A stretch of DNA of 20,006 nt from Candidatus Hodarchaeota archaeon (lineage in GTDB: Archaea > Asgardarchaeota > Lokiarchaeia > Sigyniarchaeales > SOKP01): the NCBI GenBank assembly GCA_048886685.1, contig JBHLKM010000019.1, positions 1 to 20,006 on the forward strand, in the 5' to 3' direction. The notes beneath the pieces are model-generated. The model worked only from the letters and a program-made list of their open reading frames with translations, did not search any database and had not been told where the DNA came from. This document shows, piece after piece, positions 1 through 11,000 of this stretch. Both the position numbers and the translations under genes were made by a program. Each line of letters opens with the position of its first letter. Position 1 is the first letter of the stretch.

Positions 1-2915
1 TATACATCAACAGAAATAGTAACAATATTTCCCAATTCTAAAGGATCCTCACTCATAGTAAAATTTTCAATGGTAGGTCCAGTCGCTTCTACAACTGTTA
101 TATTTCCACTGGTCACATTCCAGTTATTTTCCATATCTTGCATATAAATGGTATATGAATGATTTCCTATGGCAGGTTTCCACTTACTCCAACTCCACGT
201 ATCTCCTACACTATTAACCATTGTATGATTTGAGGAATCATATTCTAAAAGAACTTGATTCACTCCTGATCCCGGGGAATCATAAACTTTAATTGTGATT
301 GTTTCATTTTGGCCTAGCTGTAATGGGTCCGCACTTTCAATTAGATCAGAAAAAGTTGGTGCTGTAGTATCTATCACTTCGATGGTACCGATAGTAGAAT
401 TCCAATTATTATAGTTATCCTGCATCCATATCGTATATGTATAATTATCTAAGCTGTTGGGAGTCCATGAGTCATATTGCCACGCATTTCCGGATATATT
501 TGCCATGGTATGATTTCTGATTACATGATCAGAGTCTTCAAATTCGATTTTCACTTGATTAATTCCTGAAGGATCAGAAACATTAATAGTAATAACCTCC
601 GTATCTCCTAATTCTAGTGGATCTGAACTTTCTATTAGATTGGAATAAGTAGGGGGGATATTATCGACATTTTCTTCTGAACCTACAGTCATGAAAGATT
701 GAGGATTGTATTGGTTGTTATATTCCGTTGCAATCCAGGCTGCGGGATGGGCAACATCTACAACTCGAACTTCATCGATTTTACCGTTCCATTCTTGTTC
801 TATAATTCCAGAACTTCTTCCAATATTGAGATAATGATTCCCTGTTTGTGAACTTCCACTATATGATGCTGTATTTCTTTGTATACCATCAAGATAGATT
901 CTTAATAAAGAATTAGTTGAATCTGCTACTCCAACGACGTAATGCCAATTATTATCATTAATCAAATTTAGATTGATTGAAACATTTTGATTAGAATCGA
1001 CATAAAAAGCAAAATCACTATTATTAAGCTTTCCGAGCCAATAATTTTGATTAGGCGGGTTTAAAGACCATTTAGTTATAACGACCTCTACATCAGGTTC
1101 ATTATCGCTTGTTTTTATCCACGCTGAAATAGTCATATCACTATTCAAATCAAGGCTATTGTCATCCGAAACATTTACACATGCTTCATTTTCATCATTA
1201 AATATAAGCCCCCCATCTATTTTCCCAGAAGTTTGATTTGATGAAAATAAATTAACAGCTGTTCCATCATTGTTATATGCTGTACTATCAGAAAATTGAG
1301 GTGCAGGGGCTGAAGGATTCTCTTTAAGATGCCAAACTCCCTTATAATTTGTATTCCATACTCCTGAAGGATTTTCTTTTGAGCTCATTGTAGAATTACC
1401 ATAATACATACGAATAACGGTATCAAAAGATGGTGATAACTCTGGTATACGAACCCAAGCTACTAATTGAGCATGACTGTCGTTATAAGACTTATCAAAG
1501 AATTCAATTTCATGGTCTAACCAAGAAAAACCATTAGAAAAAGCAATATCATTCCCATTTAATTGAACTTTATCATCCAAATCTTCATCAACAATAGAAA
1601 TTAAAACTGGGAAATTAAGAAGATCCTCTGAACCACTCACCATTGAATGATCTATTATTATATCTTTATAATATGCGAAATATTGAGCATTAGGTATATG
1701 ATCTATTACGTGATCTTCTTCTCCAATCGAATAAAAAGAACTTGGATCATATTGATTATTGTATTCTGTTTCAAACCAACCGGGTGAACGAACACTTGAA
1801 GTGATTCTAAATTCCTCAATTATTGCGTTAATAACATCAGTGTGATCTAAGTCAGTACCGATTGCATAGTTTGTCCACGAAGAAGAATTCCCTAAGGCTT
1901 CGCTATCATAATCATCTACATTTAATGTTCCGTTAAGATAAGCTCTTTTACGCCCAACTGATCCACCTTCCCATGTTATAACTAAATGATAAAATTGATC
2001 CTCCCATCCATCGAAGGAACATTCTATATCAAAAGTATTTCCAAGATGATTTTTAATCCGACTTATAATCCTGTTATCCCCTCCCAAAATTATATCAGGT
2101 CTGGCATTAGTTGCGGTAAAATATCTTTGATACTGAGAATATAATTGAGGTCTAAACCACATTTCAAGAGAGAGGGTGGTTGTCGGATTAGAAAAGCCTG
2201 AAGTGATTTCAAGATATTCTGAATTACTCATTCCATAATTTGTCGAATCGAACCTTATAGCTTTACCGATAACCCCATCTACAAGATCTCCAGAATTAAA
2301 TCCTGAACCAGGAGTCAAGTCATAATTATTAGCAGTGCTATCCAGAACGGAGGTCGAGCTTGGATCTTGATTCATATGATAAACTGCATAATAATTACTA
2401 TCCCATACACCTTCAGGATTTTGTCTCGAATCCATTGTATCATTCCCATAATACATGCTAAAAACAGTATCAGTGGTGACTGATAATATTGGAATTCGAA
2501 CCCATGCCACCAATTTAGCATGAGTGCTATTATAAGTCTTTTCAAATAGTTCAATTTCATGGTTTAACCACGTTGTATCATTCGCAAAAGCAATATCATT
2601 TCCATTTGATTGAACCGCATCATGTAAATCTGAATCAAAAATCGAAATTAGCACAGGGAAATTATTATGATCCACTGTTCCATTAACCCGATTATGGTCA
2701 ATTGTTATCGTTTTATAATATTTAAAAAAGTGTTTATTAGGGGGTCCACTTGAAGAAGTATGAACTAAAGTTTTTGAATCATCCATTAATTTTTCATAAT
2801 TTCTTGCATTGATATCGCTGTTTGGAAGGAGAAAAATTGAAGTTATGTTAAAGATGAGGATAAAGGAAACGATATAACAATATTTTCTTCTCTTAATATA
2901 CCTTTTTTCTATCGT
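1..2915 (-). CDS. Large surface protein/adhesin paralog, 3'-truncated by the window edge: N-terminal signal/TM, 2x (DUF2341-like + LamG/ConA-like), then Ig-like stalk repeats
   Basis: Not in the ORF track. Hand translation gives an open frame from 2915 to the edge (~971 codons): (T)IEKRYIKRRKYCYIVSFILIFNITSIFLLP...FKYYKTITIDH...NFPVLISIFDSDL...GNDIAF...WVRIP...YYGN...YKGVWHL...TISAWIK...WHYVVGV...IYLDG...NGKIDEVRV...WIATEYNNQ. It is collinear with 5099..11284. The start codon is uncertain (ACG at the homologous position). Confidence 0.93.
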
Positions 2916-2978
2916 TGTTCTTTCATCTCGTTTAACTCAAATTGATCGACAAAAAACTACTAATCTTTTAACAAATCA

Positions 2979-3032
2979 GTATAATATATTCTTATCTTTA
3001 AAAATAAAGAGAAAACGCTTATATAAATTTAT
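2979..3032 (-). promoter_or_regulatory. Conserved promoter of the left adhesin: TATA-like box (3019-3032) plus a 16-bp conserved element (2979-2994)
   Basis: gtataatatattctta and ttatataaatttat recur exactly at 11355-11370 and 11395-11408 with the same 24-nt gap. The minus strand reads ATAAATTTATATAA, containing an archaeal TTTATATA box. Confidence 0.75.
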
Positions 3033-3260
3033 TTAAATCATCTAGTGTAGTAGAAGAAATTATTTTGAAGGAATTTATCTTTTGTTTCTTAATATGAGAA
3101 AAACTTAAGCGGGATGAAAGATAAACTGCTTTAACTTACTAAATTTTATCTATTTTTAGATTTTCAAAAGTTTTTTTATATAAAAAAATTCGAGATCTAA
3201 TAGATTTTTTTAAAAGTTATTCAAGCCATCTCTAATCAAGCCTAGAAATTATTTTGTTTT

Positions 3261-3353
3261 CTAAGTAATTTTTTTTAAAAACTCAGTTTTTTAGTTTCTA
3301 AATTCTTCAATATTAATTACTTCTCCATCTTTTTCTAATTGTACAAATAATTG
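3261..3353 (-). pseudogene. Remnant of the extreme C-terminus of an adhesin paralog
   Basis: Translates QLFVQLEKDGEVINIEEFRN*KTEFLKKIT*. This aligns without gaps to QLLVQLEREEEIRSIEEFRYKKNACMKKF at the end of the 2061-aa protein (15/29 identical). An internal TAA at 3291-3293 sits where the intact gene has AAA. Confidence 0.8.
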
Positions 3354-3398
3354 AAGATTTCTAACAGATTAACCAGAAATAAGCAAATATTACCTTAT

Positions 3399-4505
3399 TT
3401 AATAAATTTCAAAAAATTTCCATATTCTAAGGAATTTCATATTTGGTATTTTGTATTTTTCGTAAATCTTGGGAGCATCTAATCCAACCATAATGGTTTG
3501 TATGTTTTTATAACAAGCTATTTGCATAACGGGATGATAATCTTTTTCGCTACATACAATTCCAAACCCTTTAATCCTACATCCTTCCAGAATTTCTACC
3601 CCATTGGCAATTAAATAACTGTCGATATCACTGCAAGCTCGTCCTTTAGGAACTTTTAAGATATGAAAAAATTCGTTATTTCGATTCTTCATACAAAAGT
3701 TGATTATAATTTTATTTGATAGTTCGAGATCAGTATCCAGTTTTGAGAAATAATGAATTATGTAATCGTCTTGAGTGTGAAAAGAGTGTTTAATAAATTC
3801 TAATAATAACTGATGAGCTCTCTCTAAAACAAGTTCAAAATTAAAGGGGATTATTTCTCTCAAAGATCGAATAAAATCAGGAAGATCCACTAAAACGACG
3901 AATTTATCTTTATGATATTTTAGAAATCTATTATAATCACTATATTTCATATTTAATAGTGGCATTTCCTCCATTTTAAAAATATGATTCGGTATTTCTT
4001 TTAAACCTGACTCAATTAAATTTTCCTTACTTATTTCAACATATCGCATATTATTTATGCGATTATCACTTTTTTCTTGATTATAAGCTTTAGAATTAGT
4101 GTTTTCGTTATAGTTGATAAAAAGCGGAGGAATACCTTCCCATTCATCCCGAAAAATATTATAACAGTAAGGTTTTAAATGAGTTTCACAATCGTTTCCA
4201 GTACAACTGAATCTTATTAATAATCTATGATTCCCATTATCTACAAGTTCTCGATTGTAAGATTCTCCACAAGATTCGCATACAGTTTTAAATAAATCTT
4301 CATACTGAATGTAATCTTTTATCAAGGCGAATGGTGTATCTTTATACTCACATTTTATATTCCAGCATTGATACTTGTCATACATCTCATTTGAATCTAC
4401 TTTTTTCAACATAACATTCTTGCAAAAAGGGCAATATACCCTCCTTTTTATGTAATTTTTATCAATATCAATGCTTTCAATCTCTGATTTTAATAAAAAA
4501 TACAT
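3399..4505 (-). CDS. Double Zn-ribbon + NYN/LabA (PIN-like) domain protein, putative RNase with atypical active-site motifs
   Basis: N-terminal CPFC..CWNIKC and CESC..CTGNDC pairs. C-terminal VVLVDLPD, SDIDSYLIANG and IVCSEKDYHPVMQ..TIMVG resemble the NYN motifs VFxDxxN, KxVDxxL and LxSGDxDFxP..VxVxG. The ATG at 4505 (MYFLL) is preferred over the track's 4568, but either is possible. Confidence 0.7.
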   Translation of the reverse strand: MYFLLKSEIESIDIDKNYIKRRVYCPFCKNVMLKKVDSNEMYDKYQCWNIKCEYKDTPFALIKDYIQYEDLFKTVCESCGESYNRELVDNGNHRLLIRFSCTGNDCETHLKPYCYNIFRDEWEGIPPLFINYNENTNSKAYNQEKSDNRINNMRYVEISKENLIESGLKEIPNHIFKMEEMPLLNMKYSDYNRFLKYHKDKFVVLVDLPDFIRSLREIIPFNFELVLERAHQLLLEFIKHSFHTQDDYIIHYFSKLDTDLELSNKIIINFCMKNRNNEFFHILKVPKGRACSDIDSYLIANGVEILEGCRIKGFGIVCSEKDYHPVMQIACYKNIQTIMVGLDAPKIYEKYKIPNMKFLRIWKFFEIY

Positions 4506-4682
4506 TTTTTTATACCTAAACCCAAATATTAGAGATAAACTAATTATGTGACATAAAATAAATTGCATATCTATTTAATAAATGTTTACATTTTTATCGG
4601 AAGTCTTCAGAATGGATCTCAAAAATTAGTAATAAATATCCTTTTTACTGATAAAATCTAGTGGGGAATATAAAATTGCTAA

Positions 4683-4934
4683 TTAAAACAAATTATTATA
4701 GAGGTTTTCAATATTTTCTATCTTTTCATTCAGTAAATTGAGTAAAATGATATTATCACCAATATAGGTATTTTCCAAAAAGTAATTTATAATGTCATTT
4801 GCAGTTTTCTGATCTTTTTTACTGTATTTATTCTTTTTAGATTTAAACAAGATCTCAAACTCCATTTTCAACCATTCCAAATCTTCCATCAAATTCTCTT
4901 CCAAAATTTCATCAAGTTTACTACTTACTCTCAT
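4683..4934 (-). CDS. Small acidic/helical hypothetical protein (83 aa)
   Basis: ATG preceded by purine-rich AGGATAAGGGGAAGGA. The composition is protein-like and amphipathic, and the ORF has no overlaps. Confidence 0.75.
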   Translation of the reverse strand: MRVSSKLDEILEENLMEDLEWLKMEFEILFKSKKNKYSKKDQKTANDIINYFLENTYIGDNIILLNLLNEKIENIENLYNNLF

Positions 4935-4994
4935 TCCTTCCCCTTATCCTAATTGGTTTTATCCTAAAAATTTTATTCTTTTCGAATAGTCGAT

Positions 4995-5019
4995 GAATTG
5001 AGATTAATTAACTCAATTC
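4995..5019. promoter_or_regulatory. Near-perfect palindrome (operator or hairpin)
   Basis: gaattgag[a]ttaattaactcaattc is a perfect palindrome apart from one extra A. It lies 60 nt upstream of the 83-aa ORF. Confidence 0.45.
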
Positions 5020-5039
5020 TAAATGAAAAACCTTAACCA

Positions 5040-5064
5040 TTAAAATGAAGAAAATTCATTTTAA
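5040..5064 (-). terminator. Inverted repeat with T-tracts downstream of the 2061-aa gene; possible terminator
   Basis: ttaaaatgaa-gaaaa-ttcattttaa (10-bp arms) about 35 nt after the stop, among minus-strand oligo-T runs. It is very AT-rich, so the signal is weak. Confidence 0.35.
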
Positions 5065-5098
5065 AAAATTTATTCATTTTTTAAAAGATTTTTCAAAA

Positions 5099-8000
5099 TT
5101 AGTTATTATCAAATTTTTTCATACAGGCATTCTTTTTGTATCTAAATTCTTCTATACTCCTTATTTCTTCTTCCCTTTCAAGCTGGACCAATAATTGGGA
5201 AATTTTTTCACATCTTTCATATAATTGAGCGGCATTTTCAAAATAGCTATTCTTGTATAATGATTCTGCTTCTTTATCCATATCAGATCGATATTTTTCT
5301 AAATCTACTAATATCCAATTATTATTTTGAAAGTAATTAATTAATTCAGCCTGATAAAAACTTGCAGCTTCTGGATCTCTTAATTTTTTCGATATATTAA
5401 TTAGATCCTGATGGATTTCAAAAATTTGTACCGCATTTCTCTCAATTTTTGCTTGGTCTAATAGTTCTAACCTCTTTTCTCGTTCTTCTATTAAACCATC
5501 AATTCCAGCTAGTAATTCTGAAAATAAGTTTGCTTCTTCCGCTCTTCCTACGTTTAAAAGAAGATCTCTTCCAAGCTTAAATTGCTCTTGAGCTTCCAAA
5601 TATGCCCCTTCAGCGAATAACTCCTCTCCTAAAGATTTAATTTTGTTAACTTGAATTTCTATTTCTTGTTCTTCGGTTAATTGTTTACTAATTAATAGTT
5701 TATCTTGTTTATCATCGAAGATAGGGGCTGAAAGGTTATTAAGATGGGAAGTAATAATTTTAAGTGGTACTTTTTTGCGTGGCGGAGCGATCTCCTTTTT
5801 TAACCTTTTTCTTACTATAACTATAGCTGTTACAGAACCAATTACACTCGCTATTATTATAATGATAATAATAAAATTGTTGTTACCAGGAGGACCACTC
5901 TCAATTGAGATAACAGTGAATGTTCCTGTAGTGTAATTACTTTGCTGCCCTAGTCCGTCAATTTGAGCTAAGAAATAGTAATATCTCCCTATTGGGAGTT
6001 CTTCGGGTAATTCACAATAACTACTTTCTGTATCTATATTTGTAATATTAAAAATATAAACATGATCTGTTTCGTTATCAATTATCAAAATGTAATATAA
6101 AATACCTGAAGGATCAGAACCATCCACCCAATCAAAAACAAGAATGCCACTAACGTCTCCACTTGGACTGATAGCAAATAATGGAGATGAGGGCGGGGTA
6201 GTATCCTGAACAGTAATATTAGCTGTTAAGAGATTCCAATTACCGCTCATATCCTCCATATAGATTCTATATTGATGCACAATCCAATTAGTTGGAGTCC
6301 ATGAATCATATTGCCATGTATTCCCATAGATATTTGTCATTGAATAATTTACACCTTCAAATTCTATTAAAACTTGGTTAATATCAGCCACATCATAAAC
6401 ATCTATTCTTATGGTCGGATTATCCCCCAACTCTAATGGATCAGCACTTTCGAACAAATTAGAGTATGTGGGTAAAACAGTATCTTGAAATAATATCGAA
6501 CTACTAACATAATTCAAATTATCATTGTTGTCTGTAATATAGATTTTATATGTATAATTACCAATTGAATCTGGCCTCCAGGAATTATGTTGCCATATAT
6601 CTGGACCTATGTTCGTCATAGTATGATTAGAGTTTTCATATTCTATTAAAACTCCTCCTGGATCCTTGATGCCCGCTAAATCGGTACAATTAATCGAAAT
6701 AATTAATTCACTCCCCAATTCGACAATGCTCGCGCTTTCATTTAAGTCTGAATACATCGGAGGAGTTAAATCTTGAACTAAAATTGAATCACTTACAGAG
6801 CCCCAATTATTGTTATTATCTTTTACCCATATTATGAAGGACCAATTTCCAGTAGGAGGACCTGGACTCCAAGAATCATATTGCCATATATCTCCAGTCA
6901 TATTTGTCATGGTATGATTATCGATTATATGATAAGAGTCTTCATACTCGATTAATGCTTCGTTAATACCTGATAAATCAGTGGAATTTACTGATATTAT
7001 TATTGTATTTCCCAGTTCTAAAGGTTCCTCGCTCTTGATAACATTTTCTATCACAGGTACAGTTGTATCAACAACATCGAAACTACCTGTAAAAGAATTC
7101 CAATTATTTAATGTATCATTTGCATAAATTACATATATAACCGTTCCTACCCAAGATCTCGTCCAAGTACATTCGTAGGTATTCCCCACAGTATGATTCA
7201 TTGTATAATTAGCACTTTCCAATTCAATTAAAACAGTCCCTATAGAACTATTATCATATACATCAACAGAAATAGTAACAATATTTCCCAATTCTAAAGG
7301 ATCCTCACTCATAGTAAAATTTTCAATGGTAGGCCCAGTTGCTTCTACAACTGTTATATTTCCATTGGTCACATTCCAGTTATTCTCCATATCTTGCATA
7401 TAAATGGTATATGAATAAATTACTGGGGATGCAGGCTTCCACTTACTCCAACTCCACGTATCTCCTACACTATTAATCATTGTATGATTTGAAGAATCAT
7501 ATTCTAAAAGAACTTGATTCACTCCTGAACCAGGAGAATCATAAACTTTAATAGTAATTGTTTCATTTTGGCCTAGCTGTAATGGGTCCGCACTTTCAAT
7601 TAGATCTGAAAAAGTCGGTGCTGTAGTATCTATCACTTCGATGGTACCGCTAGTAGAATTCCAATTATCATAGTTATCCTGCATCCATATCGTATATGAA
7701 TAATTATCAACGCTGCTAGGAGTCCATGAGTCATATTGCCACGCATTTCCGGATATATTTGCCATGGTATGATTTCTGATTACATGATCAGAGTCTTCAA
7801 ATTCGATTTTCACTTGATTAATTCCTGAAGGATCAGAAACATTAATAGTAATAATTTCAGTTTCCCCCAATTCTAACGGATTAGAACTTTCTGTTAAATT
7901 TGAATAAGTAGGAGGTGTTTTATCTAACTTTTTTTCTGAACCTATCGTCAAGAAGGCTTGAGGATTATATTGGTTATTATATTCTGTTTTTATCCAATCA

Positions 8001-11000
8001 GCAGAGTGAACCGTATCTAAAACGCGGACTTCATCAATCTGACCATTAAATTCATTCGGGAAAATATCAACATTTACATCTGCTATCCTCAAGGGCGCGT
8101 TACCTGTATCAGGCGTTGCCGTGGCACCAGTGTTTTGAGCGCGCTGAACGCCATTGACAAAAAGGGTTAGGGTGTCCGCACCCGCATCATGCACTCCTAC
8201 TACATGATACCATTGGCCTAAACTAAGCGATGTTACCCAGCTGGCTGCAACCGCATTACCAAATCCCGTAGAGGGTTCATAATAAACCTCAATCGCCTGA
8301 CCGGCAGTTAGAATTGCGTTCTCAAGCATAATTCCATAATTGTGGTTCTCACCGGGGTTATCGCTGGACATCCCCTTCCCCACTACGCTCCGTAGATCTC
8401 CAGCCGGGGGCAAATCATTGGTATTTATCCAAGCTGAAACTGTAAAGGAACCTGGAATGGTAAGCGAGGAGGAATCATTAGCCTCTAAATAATCATCGCC
8501 CCCGTCAAAATCTAAACTACCGTCGATCTGTCCTGGCACTTGGTCACCGCTCGTCATACTTCCGTAATCTGTGCCATCATTATTATTGGGAGTTGAATCC
8601 TTAAATGCTGGACTGGAATCCGTAGGGTCTTCGCTTAAATGCCACACGCCCTTATAATTAGTGTTCCATACTCCTTCAGGATTTTCTCTAGAACTCATTG
8701 TTGCATTACCATAATACATGCGAACAATAGTATTTTCTGACATTGATAGTCTTGGTATAGATACCCACGCAATAAGTTGAGCATGTGTACCGTTATAAGT
8801 TTGTTTAAAGAGCTCTATTTCATGATCCAACCATAGACCATTATAGGCAAATGCAATATCATTTCCATTTGCCTGTTCCACATCAAATTTTAAATCTGAA
8901 TCTAAAATAGAAATTAACAAGGGAAAATTAGTAAGGTCATATGAACCACTTACGATGGTATAGTCTATTATAATTTCTTTATAGTATTTGAAATATTGAA
9001 AATTAGGGAGAATACCAGATAGTGGATATTCTTTACTAATTGAATAGAAAGAAGAAGGATCATTTTGATTTTTGTATTCTGTTTTAATCCAGTCTGCGGA
9101 GCGAGCACTGTCAGAGATGCGAATTTCGTCTATTTTGCCATCTGCGGACCATCTATAGGTGCTCCACCCGGGATTTGCGATTCCAATTCTTAAAGCACCG
9201 ATGTCATAATCCCAGGGAGTAGTGCCACCAGTCCAAGTAGTTTGATCTTCAAGGTTTCCATTTACGTACAACTTAAGATAACCATCAAGGTTACTTACAA
9301 CAGCAACTATATGATAATATTTTCCTGGACCATAGGTTCCACTTGAGACAGCCCTTACAGAAGGTCCCCCGATATCAAGCCAGTGTTCCATAGCAAAATA
9401 CTGATCATGATCATAATATAGCCCATGATGCGGATTCCTTTTGATCATAATCCCATATCTGCGGCTGTTATTGTTAAGGGGCACTCCCGGAGGGACTTGA
9501 TCAGGGTAAAACCAAGCCTCGTAAGTATAATAATCTCCTTCATTGATACTGTTGAGTGAAGCATTAGCTGGCAATTGTACATACTCATCTTCAATATCAC
9601 CCTTAAAATCGATAGCACCATCTGATTTACCTGTTGAGCCAAATGTAGGGCTTCCATAATCAGTTCCATCATTTCCATTAATAGTTGAATCTTTTATTGC
9701 ATCAGTTCCACCAGTTGATTCACTTAGATGCCAAACGCCCTTATAATTACTGTCCCATACGCCTTCAGGATTTTCTCGCGATCCCATAGTTGAATTCCCA
9801 TAATACATTCGAATAATTGTATCCAAAGATGTTGAAAGTATTGGTATCCGAACCCAAGCTACTAATTGTGCGTGAGTCCCATTATAAGTCTGATTGAAGA
9901 GTTCAAGTTCATGGTCTAACCATTCTGTATTATAGGCAAATGCAATATCGTTCCCCGATGATGAATACACATGATCTTTTAAATCTGAATCTAAAAGAGA
10001 TATCAAAACAGAAAAGTTAAGAAGATCATTAGAACCATATACCATCGAATGTTCTACTACTATTTCTTTATAATACGCGAAGTAATGAGCATTAGATGGA
10101 TGACCTGACACACTTTTTTCTTTTCCAATTGAATAAAAAGAATTTGGTTCATTTTGATTGTTGTAAGATGTGCTTACCCATCCACTCGAAAGAGCTATAT
10201 TCAATAACCTAGACTCATCAAGTTGTCCATGAAACCCCTCGCTTACCATACCATCGTAGCCAAGATAGAATGGATCATTACTGGCTAAGAAATGATCAGA
10301 AGCGGTGTCACTTGCTATGCTAACTCCATCTCTGTATATTTTCCTAGTTTTGGTCGAGGCATCGTAAGTACAGGACCAATGATGCCAATCTGTATCAGTA
10401 TAGCTCAGTGAAGTATCCAAGTCATCCGCCCAAAAGGCAAATGTAAAGCTATTATTGCTACGGAATCCTACATGAAGGCCTGTATTTAGACCGGCGGGTC
10501 CTTGTTGAAAAATAATATCCGCACTGGTTGAACTTCCCCGTTTGGCCCATGTTGACACTGAAAAGCTTGATGAAGCGATATCGATTGATGAACCCATATC
10601 GATATAATCATCAGTTCCATCGAAATCAATACTACCATCAATTTGACCGTCTATTTGATCCGCTGAATTCATACTACCTTGAGGAGTCCCATCATGGTTG
10701 TTGGAAGTTGAGTCATATATTGTTCCCGTAGGTTCTTCTGATAAATGCCACACTCCCTCATAATTTGTATTCCATACTCCTGTTGGATTTTCTCTTGAGC
10801 TCATTGTAGTATTTCCATAATAGAGAGATATTTTGGTATCTAAATAGGTAGAAAGGGATGGTACTCGAACCCATACATTTAATTTTGCATGAGTTGAATT
10901 ATAATCCTGTTCGAATAATTCTATCTCATGATCTAACCAACCTGTATTGTCGGCAAAAGCTATATCATTCCCGGTTGATTGAACATCATCATGTAAATCT

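Noticed and set aside
2372-2560. 62-aa minus-strand ORF
   Set aside because: Alternative-frame shadow inside the long left adhesin CDS.
1-7854. Diversity-generating retroelement (TR/VR) explanation for the near-identical repeat
   Set aside because: Both copies are coding stalk regions, the differences are not restricted to adenines and include an indel, and there is no reverse transcriptase in the window.
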